Source: an uncultured virus (IMG/VR IMGVR_UViG_3300016471_000568) (taxonomy: Duplodnaviria; Heunggongvirae; Uroviricota; Caudoviricetes). Taken from it: a stretch of DNA of 36,994 bases. The translations under genes and the position numbers were made by a program. The stretch lies in the IMG/VR virus record IMGVR_UViG_3300016471_000568; one strand, 5' to 3'. Shown here piece after piece: positions 1 to 9,240 of this stretch. The first letter of the stretch is position 1. Each line of letters begins with the position of its first letter. The notes beneath the pieces are model-generated. The model was not told the DNA's origin. It did not search any database and saw only the letters and a list, made by a program, of their open reading frames with translations.

Positions 1-37
1 GATGATGAACCAACTGTATGAAAAAGGTATGAGTAGA

Positions 38-454
38 ATGAAAACAGGAATATTGATGTCTGTAGCAACAACGGTATCATTTCTTTGCACGTATTTATTT
101 AATTTAACAATGGCCAATGCAGAACAATATTTAGCAATAGTAGCAACCGTAGCATTGGATGGCATATTTGGCATCATAGCCGGAACACGTCGCGAAGGAT
201 TTAAAACATTTAAAGCAATCAAAGTACTTGTTACTGCATTTGTTTGGATCATATTTCTGACGGCATTGCTTGTTATAGAACGAGGATTTCCAGGAACATC
301 TTGGCTGAGTGAAACCATTATTTTGCCATTCATATTCTTTCAAATTGTTAGTGCATTGAAAAATGCATCGATGGCCGGATTCATCGAAGCAAAATTATTA
401 GTAGAAATTTTAGATAAAATTGACCTACATAAAGGTTTAAGAAAAAAGGATTAA
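38..454 (+). CDS. Putative phage holin
   Basis: Several hydrophobic segments, 'LDGIFGII' and a basic C-terminus; directly upstream of an amidase. Start taken at ATG 38 (ORF is open from 2). Confidence 0.7.
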   Translation: MKTGILMSVATTVSFLCTYLFNLTMANAEQYLAIVATVALDGIFGIIAGTRREGFKTFKAIKVLVTAFVWIIFLTALLVIERGFPGTSWLSETIILPFIFFQIVSALKNASMAGFIEAKLLVEILDKIDLHKGLRKKD

Positions 455-457
455 GTT

Positions 458-1135
458 ATGAGTTTGGACGTATCAAAAATCAAACAAGTTCCGTTACCAG
501 AATCACAATATGTTAAAGAAGTAACAGAAAAACGACAAATTGTATTGCATCATACCGCAGGAAATTCATCAGGTCCTGGAACAATTAAAATGTGGGCCAA
601 TGATGACCGGGGACGCATTGCAACTTGTGTTGTTATTTCTGGAAAAGGTCAATCAAAAGATACATATGATGGAGAAATTTGTCAAGCATTTTCATCAAAG
701 TATTGGGCACATCATTTGGGAATAAAATCGGATGTATTCAAATCAAAAGGATTGCCACAAAAACCACTTACTAAACATGCAATTGGTATTGAAATTTGCA
801 GTTGGGGGCCATTAGAAAAACGTGGTGATAAATTTTATAACTATGTAGACCGAGAAGTTGCAGCAGATCAAGTAACAAAATTAGAAACTCCGTATAAAGG
901 ACATACGTATTATCATCGATATACTGATGCACAGATTGAATCAGTAAAAAATCTTTTATTGTATTGGCGAGATTTATATGGTATCGATTTAACATATCGT
1001 GACGAAGATATGTGGAATCTATCAACTCGTGCTTTAAAAGGAGAAAACGGAGTATATACACATAATTCATATCGTAAAGATAAATCAGATATACATCCTT
1101 GTCCTCGCATGATTGCAATGTTAAAATCATTGTAA
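458..1135 (+). CDS. Endolysin, N-acetylmuramoyl-L-alanine amidase (Amidase_2-like)
   Basis: IVLHHTAG, AHHLG, AIGIEI, YTDAQIES and THNSYRKDKSDIHP motifs of Zn amidases. Confidence 0.9.
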   Translation: MSLDVSKIKQVPLPESQYVKEVTEKRQIVLHHTAGNSSGPGTIKMWANDDRGRIATCVVISGKGQSKDTYDGEICQAFSSKYWAHHLGIKSDVFKSKGLPQKPLTKHAIGIEICSWGPLEKRGDKFYNYVDREVAADQVTKLETPYKGHTYYHRYTDAQIESVKNLLLYWRDLYGIDLTYRDEDMWNLSTRALKGENGVYTHNSYRKDKSDIHPCPRMIAMLKSL

Positions 1136-1482
1136 TGAATTATAAACATATTGTAATATCATTTTTAATATTTTTTATTGGGCAATCTATTGTTTGGATA
1201 CAAACAAATGGTCCTTTATTATGGAATTGGGCTAAAACATACAAATTTGCGTTGATGTTATTAGGTGTTCCGATAACATGGGCATTCATGGAAGCAACTC
1301 GTTATGCAGTTTCCGGGTATGGCGGTCAATTTTGGCCCGGTAGATTCACTTCATTTGTTTCGGGAATAATTGTATTTACTATTATGACATACGTATTCAA
1401 AGGAGAAATAATTACGGCGAAAACTGCTATATCTTTGATATTAGCATTTTTATTATTAGTAATTCAATTATTTTGGAAATAA
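1135..1482 (+). CDS. Small 4-TM membrane protein
   Basis: ATG overlaps the amidase stop (TAATG); four hydrophobic stretches. Confidence 0.75.
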   Translation: MNYKHIVISFLIFFIGQSIVWIQTNGPLLWNWAKTYKFALMLLGVPITWAFMEATRYAVSGYGGQFWPGRFTSFVSGIIVFTIMTYVFKGEIITAKTAISLILAFLLLVIQLFWK

Positions 1483-1512
1483 ATATATTTATATTAAACT
1501 AGAAGGAAATAC

Positions 1513-3363
1513 ATGAAAAATGTTTCTAAAAAAAGAATTTTAATTGAAAAACTATTACGTGAAGATTTATTAACTAAAAGTAATGTATTAGATACAAAAT
1601 GGCAACCAAAACAAAGTTGGTCCGGAGAATTAGCAAAAGTTGAAGACAAACTTATTGAAATAGGAGCTTTACCATTTCCTGGATCAATGATGGATCCAGA
1701 CAAATCTCCAGCTCATTATGAACTAATTATACAAACTCCAGATGGTGTTCGAGATAGGCTTATGTTTTATCATAGTGGAACCGTATATTCTGGAAATGAA
1801 TCAAAAAATTTAAACGTAAAAATTAATAGTTCCGATGAAATAGAATTATTAGATTCTGCAAATTCCGATAAAGTAGCTGGAACAATAACAAGTTCTAACA
1901 ATAAATTTTTAGAAAATGGAATAAACAAATCGGTTGCAACATTTAATATAGAAACAGTTGAGGCAGATTCGGGGAATGATGTAATAGATACTATACAAAC
2001 GATATTGGATTTTGCCGGATTCATTCCAGTAATTGGAGATTTTATTGATATTTTAAATGCTATAATATATTTTGCTCGAGGAAAATATTTGGATGGATTC
2101 TTATCATGCATTGCTATTATTCCTATAATAGGTAGCGTAGCTGCTTTGGCTTTGAAAACAGCATTCAAACCATTTAAGTGGGTTGCTCGGGCAATTGGTG
2201 ATGTATGGGCTGGTACTAAATCAGCTGACGAAATTTGGTTATTACTTAAAAACAGTGAAAAAATTTCACCGGAACAATTAAAATTAATTTCCGAAGGCTT
2301 AGTAAAATTTGGAGATGACGTTGCTGGATTTCGAGGATTTTTATCTAGAAGCGGAATACCTGGTTTAAATTCTAAACAAGCTGGTGAAACTTTAGAACAA
2401 TTTGAAAATTTTTGCAAAGCAAATGGTAGATCAATTGATGATGTATTATCTGCTGCAAAAAAGACCGGAGTTGCAGTTGATGCAGGTAAAATGGCATTTA
2501 AAACTACATCAAACATTGAAAAAGGAATGTTTCGCGGATTACGTAAAAGAATAGAAAAATTCAATATATTTCCAAAGAAAAAAATAGAAGCATTATCTAA
2601 AGCTTTAGATGCTAGATTTATTCGAAGATTAAAAAATGATCCTAAACGTTTAGCATCAATATTGTCAACTACACCTAATGCAAAAGCGGCTGAACGATTA
2701 AAACAAGACATAATGACAACAATAACCACAAGAATGAGTCCGGCCGATGCTAATAGAATGTATCAAAATCTCGGAAGCGTAGGCACTGATTCAGAAGCAT
2801 ATATTAAAATGTTTGATTATATTAAAAATCAACCAAATTTAACTGGATTATATGATGAAATTGGCAGTACAATTGGAAATTTTGCAATGAAAAATGATAA
2901 TATATTATATAACATGTATCGTAGTAGCGCCACATCAAATTTACCTACATTATTTAGTAAAGAAATGTATAAATTTCAACCGGCAGATTTTAATTTTAAC
3001 AAAAATGTAGATGTTATATGGAATGAAATTCAAGATATGGGCGAAGATGCAAAAATTGAATTGGGTGTGAGTGAACGAGATGATGTTAATGGATTGTTTT
3101 ATCCATTACTTAAAGCTACATTGGATGCAACCAAAAACACCCAAATCGGCGAACCAATTGACAAGATACGAAACAAGGCAGGCGGTGTTGTAAAAAAAGT
3201 AGTACAAATACCTATAATAGGAGGAATTGCTCGACAAACATTGGGCAATGAAAAACCATATGTTCCAAAAGATTATAAAGTAGTTGATTCAGATGATCCT
3301 CGTTTACAAAATCAAGAAGAAGAAGAAACAATACAAAAGCAAAACTTTAAACGGCGGTTTTAA
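1513..3363 (+). CDS. 616-aa protein with a pre-toxin-TG (PT-TG)-like segment
   Basis: LDFAGFIPVIGDFIDILNAIIYFARGKYLDGFLSCIAIIPIIG matches the PT-TG pattern; the rest is not recognised. Confidence 0.7.
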   Translation: MKNVSKKRILIEKLLREDLLTKSNVLDTKWQPKQSWSGELAKVEDKLIEIGALPFPGSMMDPDKSPAHYELIIQTPDGVRDRLMFYHSGTVYSGNESKNLNVKINSSDEIELLDSANSDKVAGTITSSNNKFLENGINKSVATFNIETVEADSGNDVIDTIQTILDFAGFIPVIGDFIDILNAIIYFARGKYLDGFLSCIAIIPIIGSVAALALKTAFKPFKWVARAIGDVWAGTKSADEIWLLLKNSEKISPEQLKLISEGLVKFGDDVAGFRGFLSRSGIPGLNSKQAGETLEQFENFCKANGRSIDDVLSAAKKTGVAVDAGKMAFKTTSNIEKGMFRGLRKRIEKFNIFPKKKIEALSKALDARFIRRLKNDPKRLASILSTTPNAKAAERLKQDIMTTITTRMSPADANRMYQNLGSVGTDSEAYIKMFDYIKNQPNLTGLYDEIGSTIGNFAMKNDNILYNMYRSSATSNLPTLFSKEMYKFQPADFNFNKNVDVIWNEIQDMGEDAKIELGVSERDDVNGLFYPLLKATLDATKNTQIGEPIDKIRNKAGGVVKKVVQIPIIGGIARQTLGNEKPYVPKDYKVVDSDDPRLQNQEEEETIQKQNFKRRF

Positions 3364-4404
3364 ATGAAACTTTTAGAATATGAAACGCAGCATCAACTCA
3401 ACACAAAACTTTGGACTGCAGATCATTGTTTGTCTAAGAAGCTTCGCAATGGGTTTTTGAAAATTGCTACAAAGTTTCATGATTTTTTAGAAATTGATGC
3501 ACCTATTTTAGATGTTATTTTGATTGGAAGCAATGCAAATTACAATTGGACGGAACATAGTGACATAGATTTGCATGTTGTAATAAACTATTTGAATGTT
3601 GGCAGCAATTTATATTTAGTTGAAAAGTACCTACAAGCCAAAAAAAGCGTTTGGAATTCAAAATATCCGTTAACATTTAAAGGCATGAACATTGAATTGT
3701 ATGCACAAGACGTAAATGAAAATTTGCATGCTTCGGTTGGCGTATTTTCTGTAATGAAAAATAAATGGATACGCAAACCTTCAGCAGATATTGTTTCAAT
3801 TGATGATGATTTGATTCAACAAAAAGCTGCACCATACGAATATGAAATAAATAAAATATCAGAATCTGATCCAAATGCTGAAATGAAAATTGGTCGCATA
3901 CTTGTTAAGTTACGCAAATTACGACAATCGGGATTAGATACTGCGGGAGAATATTCCGTAGAAAATTTAGCATTTAAGTATTTGCGAAACAAAGGATTGC
4001 TTGATAGATTAAAAGAAATGTTGCAACGTTTGAATATGGGTAACATGATAATAGACGATTCAGTTGTGGAGTCATTAGCACGACACGTAACCAAACAAAA
4101 AATACTATCCGAAACAGATTGGGATAATATCATACAACAAACAAATGGTGTTAAAGATCCAATGGGGCAATGGAGTCACCCAGGTCGATGCACCATGATT
4201 CCAAGCCGCCGGATAACAATGCGCAATGTGCCATTCAAAGTATTAGGGATTGATGATACGGGACATATGCAATTGATGCACCCAGAACAAGAATATACAT
4301 ATCCAGGAAAACGAGTATTTGAAATTCCACATACAGCTCAATGGCAAACGGTTATGATGCAATTATTAAACAAAATAAAAAATGGGAGCAAATATGCAAA
4401 GTAA
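3364..4404 (+). CDS. Pol-beta superfamily nucleotidyltransferase with an extra C-terminal domain
   Basis: GSNANYNWTEHSDIDLH (GS..DxD), IELY and GEYSVENLAFK. Confidence 0.8.
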   Translation: MKLLEYETQHQLNTKLWTADHCLSKKLRNGFLKIATKFHDFLEIDAPILDVILIGSNANYNWTEHSDIDLHVVINYLNVGSNLYLVEKYLQAKKSVWNSKYPLTFKGMNIELYAQDVNENLHASVGVFSVMKNKWIRKPSADIVSIDDDLIQQKAAPYEYEINKISESDPNAEMKIGRILVKLRKLRQSGLDTAGEYSVENLAFKYLRNKGLLDRLKEMLQRLNMGNMIIDDSVVESLARHVTKQKILSETDWDNIIQQTNGVKDPMGQWSHPGRCTMIPSRRITMRNVPFKVLGIDDTGHMQLMHPEQEYTYPGKRVFEIPHTAQWQTVMMQLLNKIKNGSKYAK

Positions 4405-4591
4405 AGGATTAGGCGATGACATTAAACGCATTACTAGTGCAACTGGTTTAGATAAATTAGCAAAGCGCATTGCACAACTTTTAGATGAAGATTGTGGCTG
4501 TGATGAACGCCAAGAATGGCTCAATGAAAAAACAAAAAATTGGTCAAGATATAAAAAACAAAACAAGGACGTAAATGCCAACAATAAGTAG
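4394..4591 (+). CDS. Small phage protein (SKGLGD...CGC.ERQE.LN type)
   Basis: Motif pattern recalled from Bacteroidota phages; overlaps both neighbours. Confidence 0.7.
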   Translation: MQSKGLGDDIKRITSATGLDKLAKRIAQLLDEDCGCDERQEWLNEKTKNWSRYKKQNKDVNANNK

Positions 4592-5585
4592 AACCGGAAT
4601 TACCGGAGGAGGAACAATTCAACCATCACATGTAACAAATATTATTGATGCATTGGATGGGACTAGCACAACAACAACGGTGGTTGCATCAGGATCATTT
4701 AGTGGGTCATTGACGGGCGGCCCCGTTACTGTATCAACCATATCAACTACGGGTGCTGCTAATATAGGCGGTGCGGTTACAACAACTGGCATCAACATCG
4801 ATAACGGCACTAATTATGGAATTGCTTTAACTGTAGATAATATGCAATTCAATTCGGCGAATGAAGATTTTAATACCGTGATACGACACTATGGCGGTGT
4901 TATTTCTTCTAGCTTCAACCAAAATGGTATTTCTACCACAAGTCGCATTGTTGCAACATCATTTACTGGTTCATTGCAAGGCACTGCATCATTTGCGTCT
5001 CAAGCATTATCTAGTTCATTTGCAACCACAGCATCATATGCTCTCAATGCTGGTGGTGGTACTGGAACGGGATTTCCTTTTACGGGATCGGCACAAATAA
5101 CCGGATCGATGGGTATTACGGGTTCATTAAATGTAACGGGTGGAGTAACTGCTTCATTATTTGGTACATCGTCTCGAGCAATAACGGCATCATTTGCTGA
5201 TTTATCTAGACAAGTATTAGTACAACGTACTGCAGTTGAAGCTGATTATTTCATGGTAATAGTAGATTCCGGTAATGCAACGCCTACTGCAGAAAATTTG
5301 AATACAGTAACAAATATACGCGTTAATCCAGGTACTGATACTATATCTGCAGTAAATGTTTCTGGATCATTTAATGTGACCGGATCCATGGGTGCTACGA
5401 AATTTACTACGGTAGATTTTGGCATCATTGGAGATGCATCCGGTACCGGACAATTTGTAATTCCTGGAGCACAAACTAGTGGTACACCAAAAGCAGGAAG
5501 TATGTATTGGAATGATTCTACAGGTACGTTATACATTTATAGTTTTGCTAATTCTAACTGGTATAACGTTCAATTGAATCCATAA
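4575..5585 (+). CDS. Tail fibre-like structural protein
   Basis: Gly/Ser/Thr-rich with repeated SGSF, TGS and TASFA/TASYA units. Confidence 0.6.
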   Translation: MPTISRTGITGGGTIQPSHVTNIIDALDGTSTTTTVVASGSFSGSLTGGPVTVSTISTTGAANIGGAVTTTGINIDNGTNYGIALTVDNMQFNSANEDFNTVIRHYGGVISSSFNQNGISTTSRIVATSFTGSLQGTASFASQALSSSFATTASYALNAGGGTGTGFPFTGSAQITGSMGITGSLNVTGGVTASLFGTSSRAITASFADLSRQVLVQRTAVEADYFMVIVDSGNATPTAENLNTVTNIRVNPGTDTISAVNVSGSFNVTGSMGATKFTTVDFGIIGDASGTGQFVIPGAQTSGTPKAGSMYWNDSTGTLYIYSFANSNWYNVQLNP

Positions 5586-5614
5586 TAACATATATTTATA
5601 TAAAAAAGGAAACA

Positions 5615-5785
5615 ATGAAACGATTAACAAAAGAACAATTACTTGGTATTCTTCGTCACACCTTAACATTTGTAGGTGGTATACTAGTAACTAAAGGATT
5701 AATGGATGAAGCAACTGCTACGGAAATCGTTGGCGGTATCGTGACTTTAACCGGAACTATTTGGTCTGTTTTAGCAAAGGCTTAA
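5615..5785 (+). CDS. Small 2-TM holin-like protein (56 aa)
   Basis: Not in the ORF track. MKRLTKEQLLGILRHTLTFVGGILVTKG...IWSVLAKA; AAGGA and TATTTATA upstream. Confidence 0.7.
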   Translation: MKRLTKEQLLGILRHTLTFVGGILVTKGLMDEATATEIVGGIVTLTGTIWSVLAKA

Positions 5786-5786
5786 C

Positions 5787-6257
5787 ATGAAACGACTGAA
5801 CGAATGTGGTTGCGGATGCGGCGGCACCACCGGCGGTTGCCAAGACCAAGAAAGTAACAATTACATGTTCTTTCAAAACTTAAAAACTATTCATCACGCA
5901 GTTAGTGAACTATTGCAAATGGATCCGATGCAAGTTGATAAGTTATTAAGTGATGGCCATGGCTGGGCAGTTGATCACATAACAACGTCTGCAGATGATG
6001 TAGAAGAAGTATATCATTTTATTACTAGCAATCTTGGACATGATGATCATGATGCATATAATTCTCAGAAACCACAATTCGTTCCGGTTGGATTTAAAAA
6101 TCAACTCAAACAAGCAATGCACGAAACAATACGCAAAGTTGAAGATGGTTGGGCAGTATATCCTAAAAAAGGCGGAAAGCGTTTAGGCACACATCGAACA
6201 CGTAAGGCAGCACTTAAACAATTGGCTGCAATTGAAATAGCAAAACGCAGAAAATAA
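5787..6257 (+). CDS. Hypothetical protein
   Basis: ORF; Cys-rich N-terminus and a basic C-terminal module (KRLGTHRTRKAALKQLAAIE). Confidence 0.75.
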   Translation: MKRLNECGCGCGGTTGGCQDQESNNYMFFQNLKTIHHAVSELLQMDPMQVDKLLSDGHGWAVDHITTSADDVEEVYHFITSNLGHDDHDAYNSQKPQFVPVGFKNQLKQAMHETIRKVEDGWAVYPKKGGKRLGTHRTRKAALKQLAAIEIAKRRK

Positions 6258-6659
6258 ATGTTTTCAGAAATAGTTACAAGTATCAATGATTTTGGTAAAA
6301 CAAAATTAGCACCATCTAAAGTTTGCGATGGCGTAGGCATTTTTGCAATCGTAGAAATTCCTAAGAATTTTATTTTATTTCAAGATGTATTTGCAGATAC
6401 AATACATATTCCATTTACCGAAATACGCGATGATGCTGTGAAAAAACATCTTGCATCCGTATGTATTTCTGATTCGGTTGGAATTTATCTTTCTAGAACA
6501 TACAATAATATTAATATGTCTTATTATGTTAATCATTCAGAAACACCAAACGTATATTATGATTTGGAATTGGATGAATTTATAACATTGCGAGATATAC
6601 TCCCTGGCGAAGAATTAACATGTTTATATACTAAACAAGAAATAGATTGGCTTACTTAA
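6258..6659 (+). CDS. SET-domain protein (putative lysine methyltransferase)
   Basis: SKVCDGVGIFA, YVNHSETPNV and RDILPGEELTCLY are the canonical SET motifs. Confidence 0.9.
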   Translation: MFSEIVTSINDFGKTKLAPSKVCDGVGIFAIVEIPKNFILFQDVFADTIHIPFTEIRDDAVKKHLASVCISDSVGIYLSRTYNNINMSYYVNHSETPNVYYDLELDEFITLRDILPGEELTCLYTKQEIDWLT

Positions 6660-7285
6660 ACGCAAACATTCCGACAATTACATGTTTCATACGAAATGAA
6701 TTCATGTTCAATCACGAACAAGGTAAAGGTGAATTTACCGCAGCCGATGTGCACGCAGTTGCATCTATACAAAAACGAACTCCACTATTCGAAGCATTCC
6801 TAGAAAATGGCGTCAATTGGACTAGAAGACCAATACACGCATTTTGTTGGAAAAAGGACGCAGAAACTCTTCCATTAACGGAACATGTATATTGGGATTG
6901 TTTTTCATCATATATTGATGTACAAGTAAGAGAACGAATGGCAGGACTTCGTGCAGACCTAATTTCTATCACCGGAGTTAAACGGCAAGGAGTGTATATG
7001 TTTACATTGGATTGGTCTCATGAAAATCGTAACATGTTAGATACAAATTTTTCAGAAACACCCGAACATAAATGCGGACATGTATTCAAAATGGATAATG
7101 GTAATTATTTTATCTATCCTAATAACAGAATCATATGGATGGATAATGCGTGGACATTTAAACGCATTGATAAAAATCCTGGATATAAAATTGATATGAC
7201 AGTATACAGTGTTGAAGGAAAAGGAGGATTTGAAACAGATTATTCTTATATGACTGAATTTAAACAAGATAAAACAAATAAGTAA
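6647..7285 (+). CDS. Conserved-looking phage hypothetical protein
   Basis: 212-aa ORF with TTG start; MAYLNANIP..EHKCGH..YPNNRI pattern. Confidence 0.75.
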   Translation: MAYLNANIPTITCFIRNEFMFNHEQGKGEFTAADVHAVASIQKRTPLFEAFLENGVNWTRRPIHAFCWKKDAETLPLTEHVYWDCFSSYIDVQVRERMAGLRADLISITGVKRQGVYMFTLDWSHENRNMLDTNFSETPEHKCGHVFKMDNGNYFIYPNNRIIWMDNAWTFKRIDKNPGYKIDMTVYSVEGKGGFETDYSYMTEFKQDKTNK

Positions 7286-7296
7286 TATTTATTAAT

Positions 7297-7635
7297 ATGA
7301 AACTACGTAATTTACTTTTTGAAGCAAAAGAAGAAAAAAAAGAAACTTTTGAAACATTTGCTGATACGCGAGAAGCTGGTGCAGAAAAGATTGCCGATAC
7401 GGCTCACAAGAAAGGCGGATTGGCTTTACTTACATGGCATCATTTCAAAGTTAAATTACCATATTACAAACGAGCAGCTGCTGGTCGATTTGATTTAGAT
7501 AAAGCAAAACAAGAATTTGATGCTACATATAAACGCATATCCACTTCAATGACACAAATTGAATTTCAACGAGAGGTTGGTCGGTTAGAAGTTTTAGGTG
7601 AATTGATTATTCGAGAAGAACAAGGAAAGCGATGA
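7297..7635 (+). CDS. Hypothetical protein
   Basis: ORF with MKLRNLLFE leader and upstream ATATTTAT. Confidence 0.75.
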   Translation: MKLRNLLFEAKEEKKETFETFADTREAGAEKIADTAHKKGGLALLTWHHFKVKLPYYKRAAAGRFDLDKAKQEFDATYKRISTSMTQIEFQREVGRLEVLGELIIREEQGKR

Positions 7636-8024
7636 TACGATTAGTTGATTTGTTATCAGAAGATCTTCGCCGTTGGGTGAAAGAAAAATGGACAGATCAA
7701 CATGGACGCCCTTGTGGTAGTTCTAAAACCAAAGGCGTAAAGAAATGTCGTCCTTCTCGACGAGTATCAAATGATACTCCTAAAACATGGAGTTCATTTG
7801 ATAAAAAAGAAAAGAAGTCATTGGTTGCACAAAAGCGCCGAGTTGGTATGGGTAAACGTACTCCTAAGGCAGAAGGTGCACTTGAAGAAAAAAAGAAAGC
7901 AAAACGGGATGCATGTTACTACAAAGTAAAAGCACGATACGATGTTTGGCCATCTGCATACGGATCATTGGCGCTTGCGGCATGCAGAAAGAAAGGTGCA
8001 AAGAATTGGGGGAATAAATCATGA
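7632..8024 (+). CDS. Basic Cys-containing phage protein (two small modules)
   Basis: LRRWVKEKWTD..CRP..TPKT and DACYYKVKARYDVWPSAY modules; ATGA overlaps on both sides. Confidence 0.75.
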   Translation: MIRLVDLLSEDLRRWVKEKWTDQHGRPCGSSKTKGVKKCRPSRRVSNDTPKTWSSFDKKEKKSLVAQKRRVGMGKRTPKAEGALEEKKKAKRDACYYKVKARYDVWPSAYGSLALAACRKKGAKNWGNKS

Positions 8025-8923
8025 TATCATTAAAAATGTTGCTTGAGCAAGTTAAAGACAATTGGGGACGTCCGGAAACATCGATGTGGTACGGATTTAA
8101 TCCAGATACAAAACAATATGAAGCAGGACCTAATAAAGGTAAAACTGCACAACAAGTTAAAGACAATTGGGGACGTCCAATCACATCCATGTGGTACGGA
8201 TTTAATCCAGATACAAAACGATATGAAGCAGGACCTAATAAAGGTAAAACTGCACAACAAGTTAGAAAACAAATGACAGCAAAAGCAGAAGCTTTGGCCT
8301 ATCAACCAAAAACGAGTAAAGCCACACCATGGCCAATCCAAGTAAATTATTATGAACCACTGGATAAAAAATTTCCCACAGGTCATATTGAATGTAGGTC
8401 TCTGAGAGAACCTCAATATCAGATGAATGCAAATCCAATACAAATGGATTACGTTGATATTATACTTGGTGGAAAAGAAACTAAAAACTTTTGGAATATG
8501 CCAATGACAGGTAAAAAAATTCCTGACAAACCAAGTGATGCACAAACAATTTATATTTATTTGACAGATCAAGAGTATGATAAATTCAAAAAAACAACAC
8601 CGGCTTTAAATTTAAAACTTGGGTACAAGGCAGATAAATTGGCACAATCAGTTAAAAGTCCTGATCAAGCAATACAAAATTACAATGTTTTGACACAAAA
8701 TTGTGCCGATGGCGTTGCATTGGCGTTGGGTGCTAAAGTTGAAAAATGGACTAGTACTGAAAAAGTTATAGTTGGAAGGTTAGCCTTACTCAGTCCAATT
8801 TTATCACTTGTAGGCGCAGCAGGTGCAATCGTAAATGAAATTTTTGACATAACATTACCCGTTGATGTATTCATGAAATTAAAAAAGGTTTATAAAGGTA
8901 GAATAACATATGCTATTAAGTAA
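8021..8923 (+). CDS. Repeat-containing protein with a putative permuted papain-like domain
   Basis: Two 35-aa N-terminal repeats; GHI...YNVLTQNCAD with His before Cys. Confidence 0.6.
   Translation: MISLKMLLEQVKDNWGRPETSMWYGFNPDTKQYEAGPNKGKTAQQVKDNWGRPITSMWYGFNPDTKRYEAGPNKGKTAQQVRKQMTAKAEALAYQPKTSKATPWPIQVNYYEPLDKKFPTGHIECRSLREPQYQMNANPIQMDYVDIILGGKETKNFWNMPMTGKKIPDKPSDAQTIYIYLTDQEYDKFKKTTPALNLKLGYKADKLAQSVKSPDQAIQNYNVLTQNCADGVALALGAKVEKWTSTEKVIVGRLALLSPILSLVGAAGAIVNEIFDITLPVDVFMKLKKVYKGRITYAIK
8048..8264 (+). repeat. 105-bp in-frame tandem repeat (2 copies plus a 7-bp partial copy)
   Basis: CAAGTTAAAGACAATTGGGGACGTCC at 8048 and 8153; copies nearly identical. Confidence 0.95.
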
Positions 8924-8946
8924 TATAAAACAACTAATTAAACTAT

Positions 8947-8991
8947 GCAGCTTGTAGAAAAAAAAGTGCAAAAAATTGGGGTAAGAAATAA
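8947..8991 (+). pseudogene. Orphan copy of the 3' end of gene 7632-8024
   Basis: Translates AACRKKSAKNWGKK* versus AACRKKGAKNWGNKS* at 7977-8024. Confidence 0.8.
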
Positions 8992-9039
8992 TATACATTG
9001 TATATTTTGAATTTTATATATTTTTAATTATATTAAGTT

Positions 9040-9240
9040 ATGAATCAGAATTTCATAGAACAATTGTTTATCGATTCCATTAACATCATGGCAACTGGTG
9101 AATGGGAATGGCCCGATACGTGGGACAAACAACGACGTTTGCGATTTTTAAATGAATCATTACATTATGCTACAGAACGAGAATTATATGAACAATGTGC
9201 AATTATCCGCGATGTCAAAGAAGCAGTCAACGAAATCTAA
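9040..9240 (+). CDS. Small protein with a UVR-like motif
   Basis: LHYATERELYEQCAIIRD resembles the UVR (UvrB/C) E.YE.AA.IRD motif. Confidence 0.6.
   Translation: MNQNFIEQLFIDSINIMATGEWEWPDTWDKQRRLRFLNESLHYATERELYEQCAIIRDVKEAVNEI

Noticed and set aside
1770..2729. 319-aa minus-strand ORF and other long antisense ORFs (8030-8572, 35514-36065)
   Set aside because: They lie wholly or almost wholly opposite well-supported + strand genes and have no recognisable motifs; codon-bias shadows.
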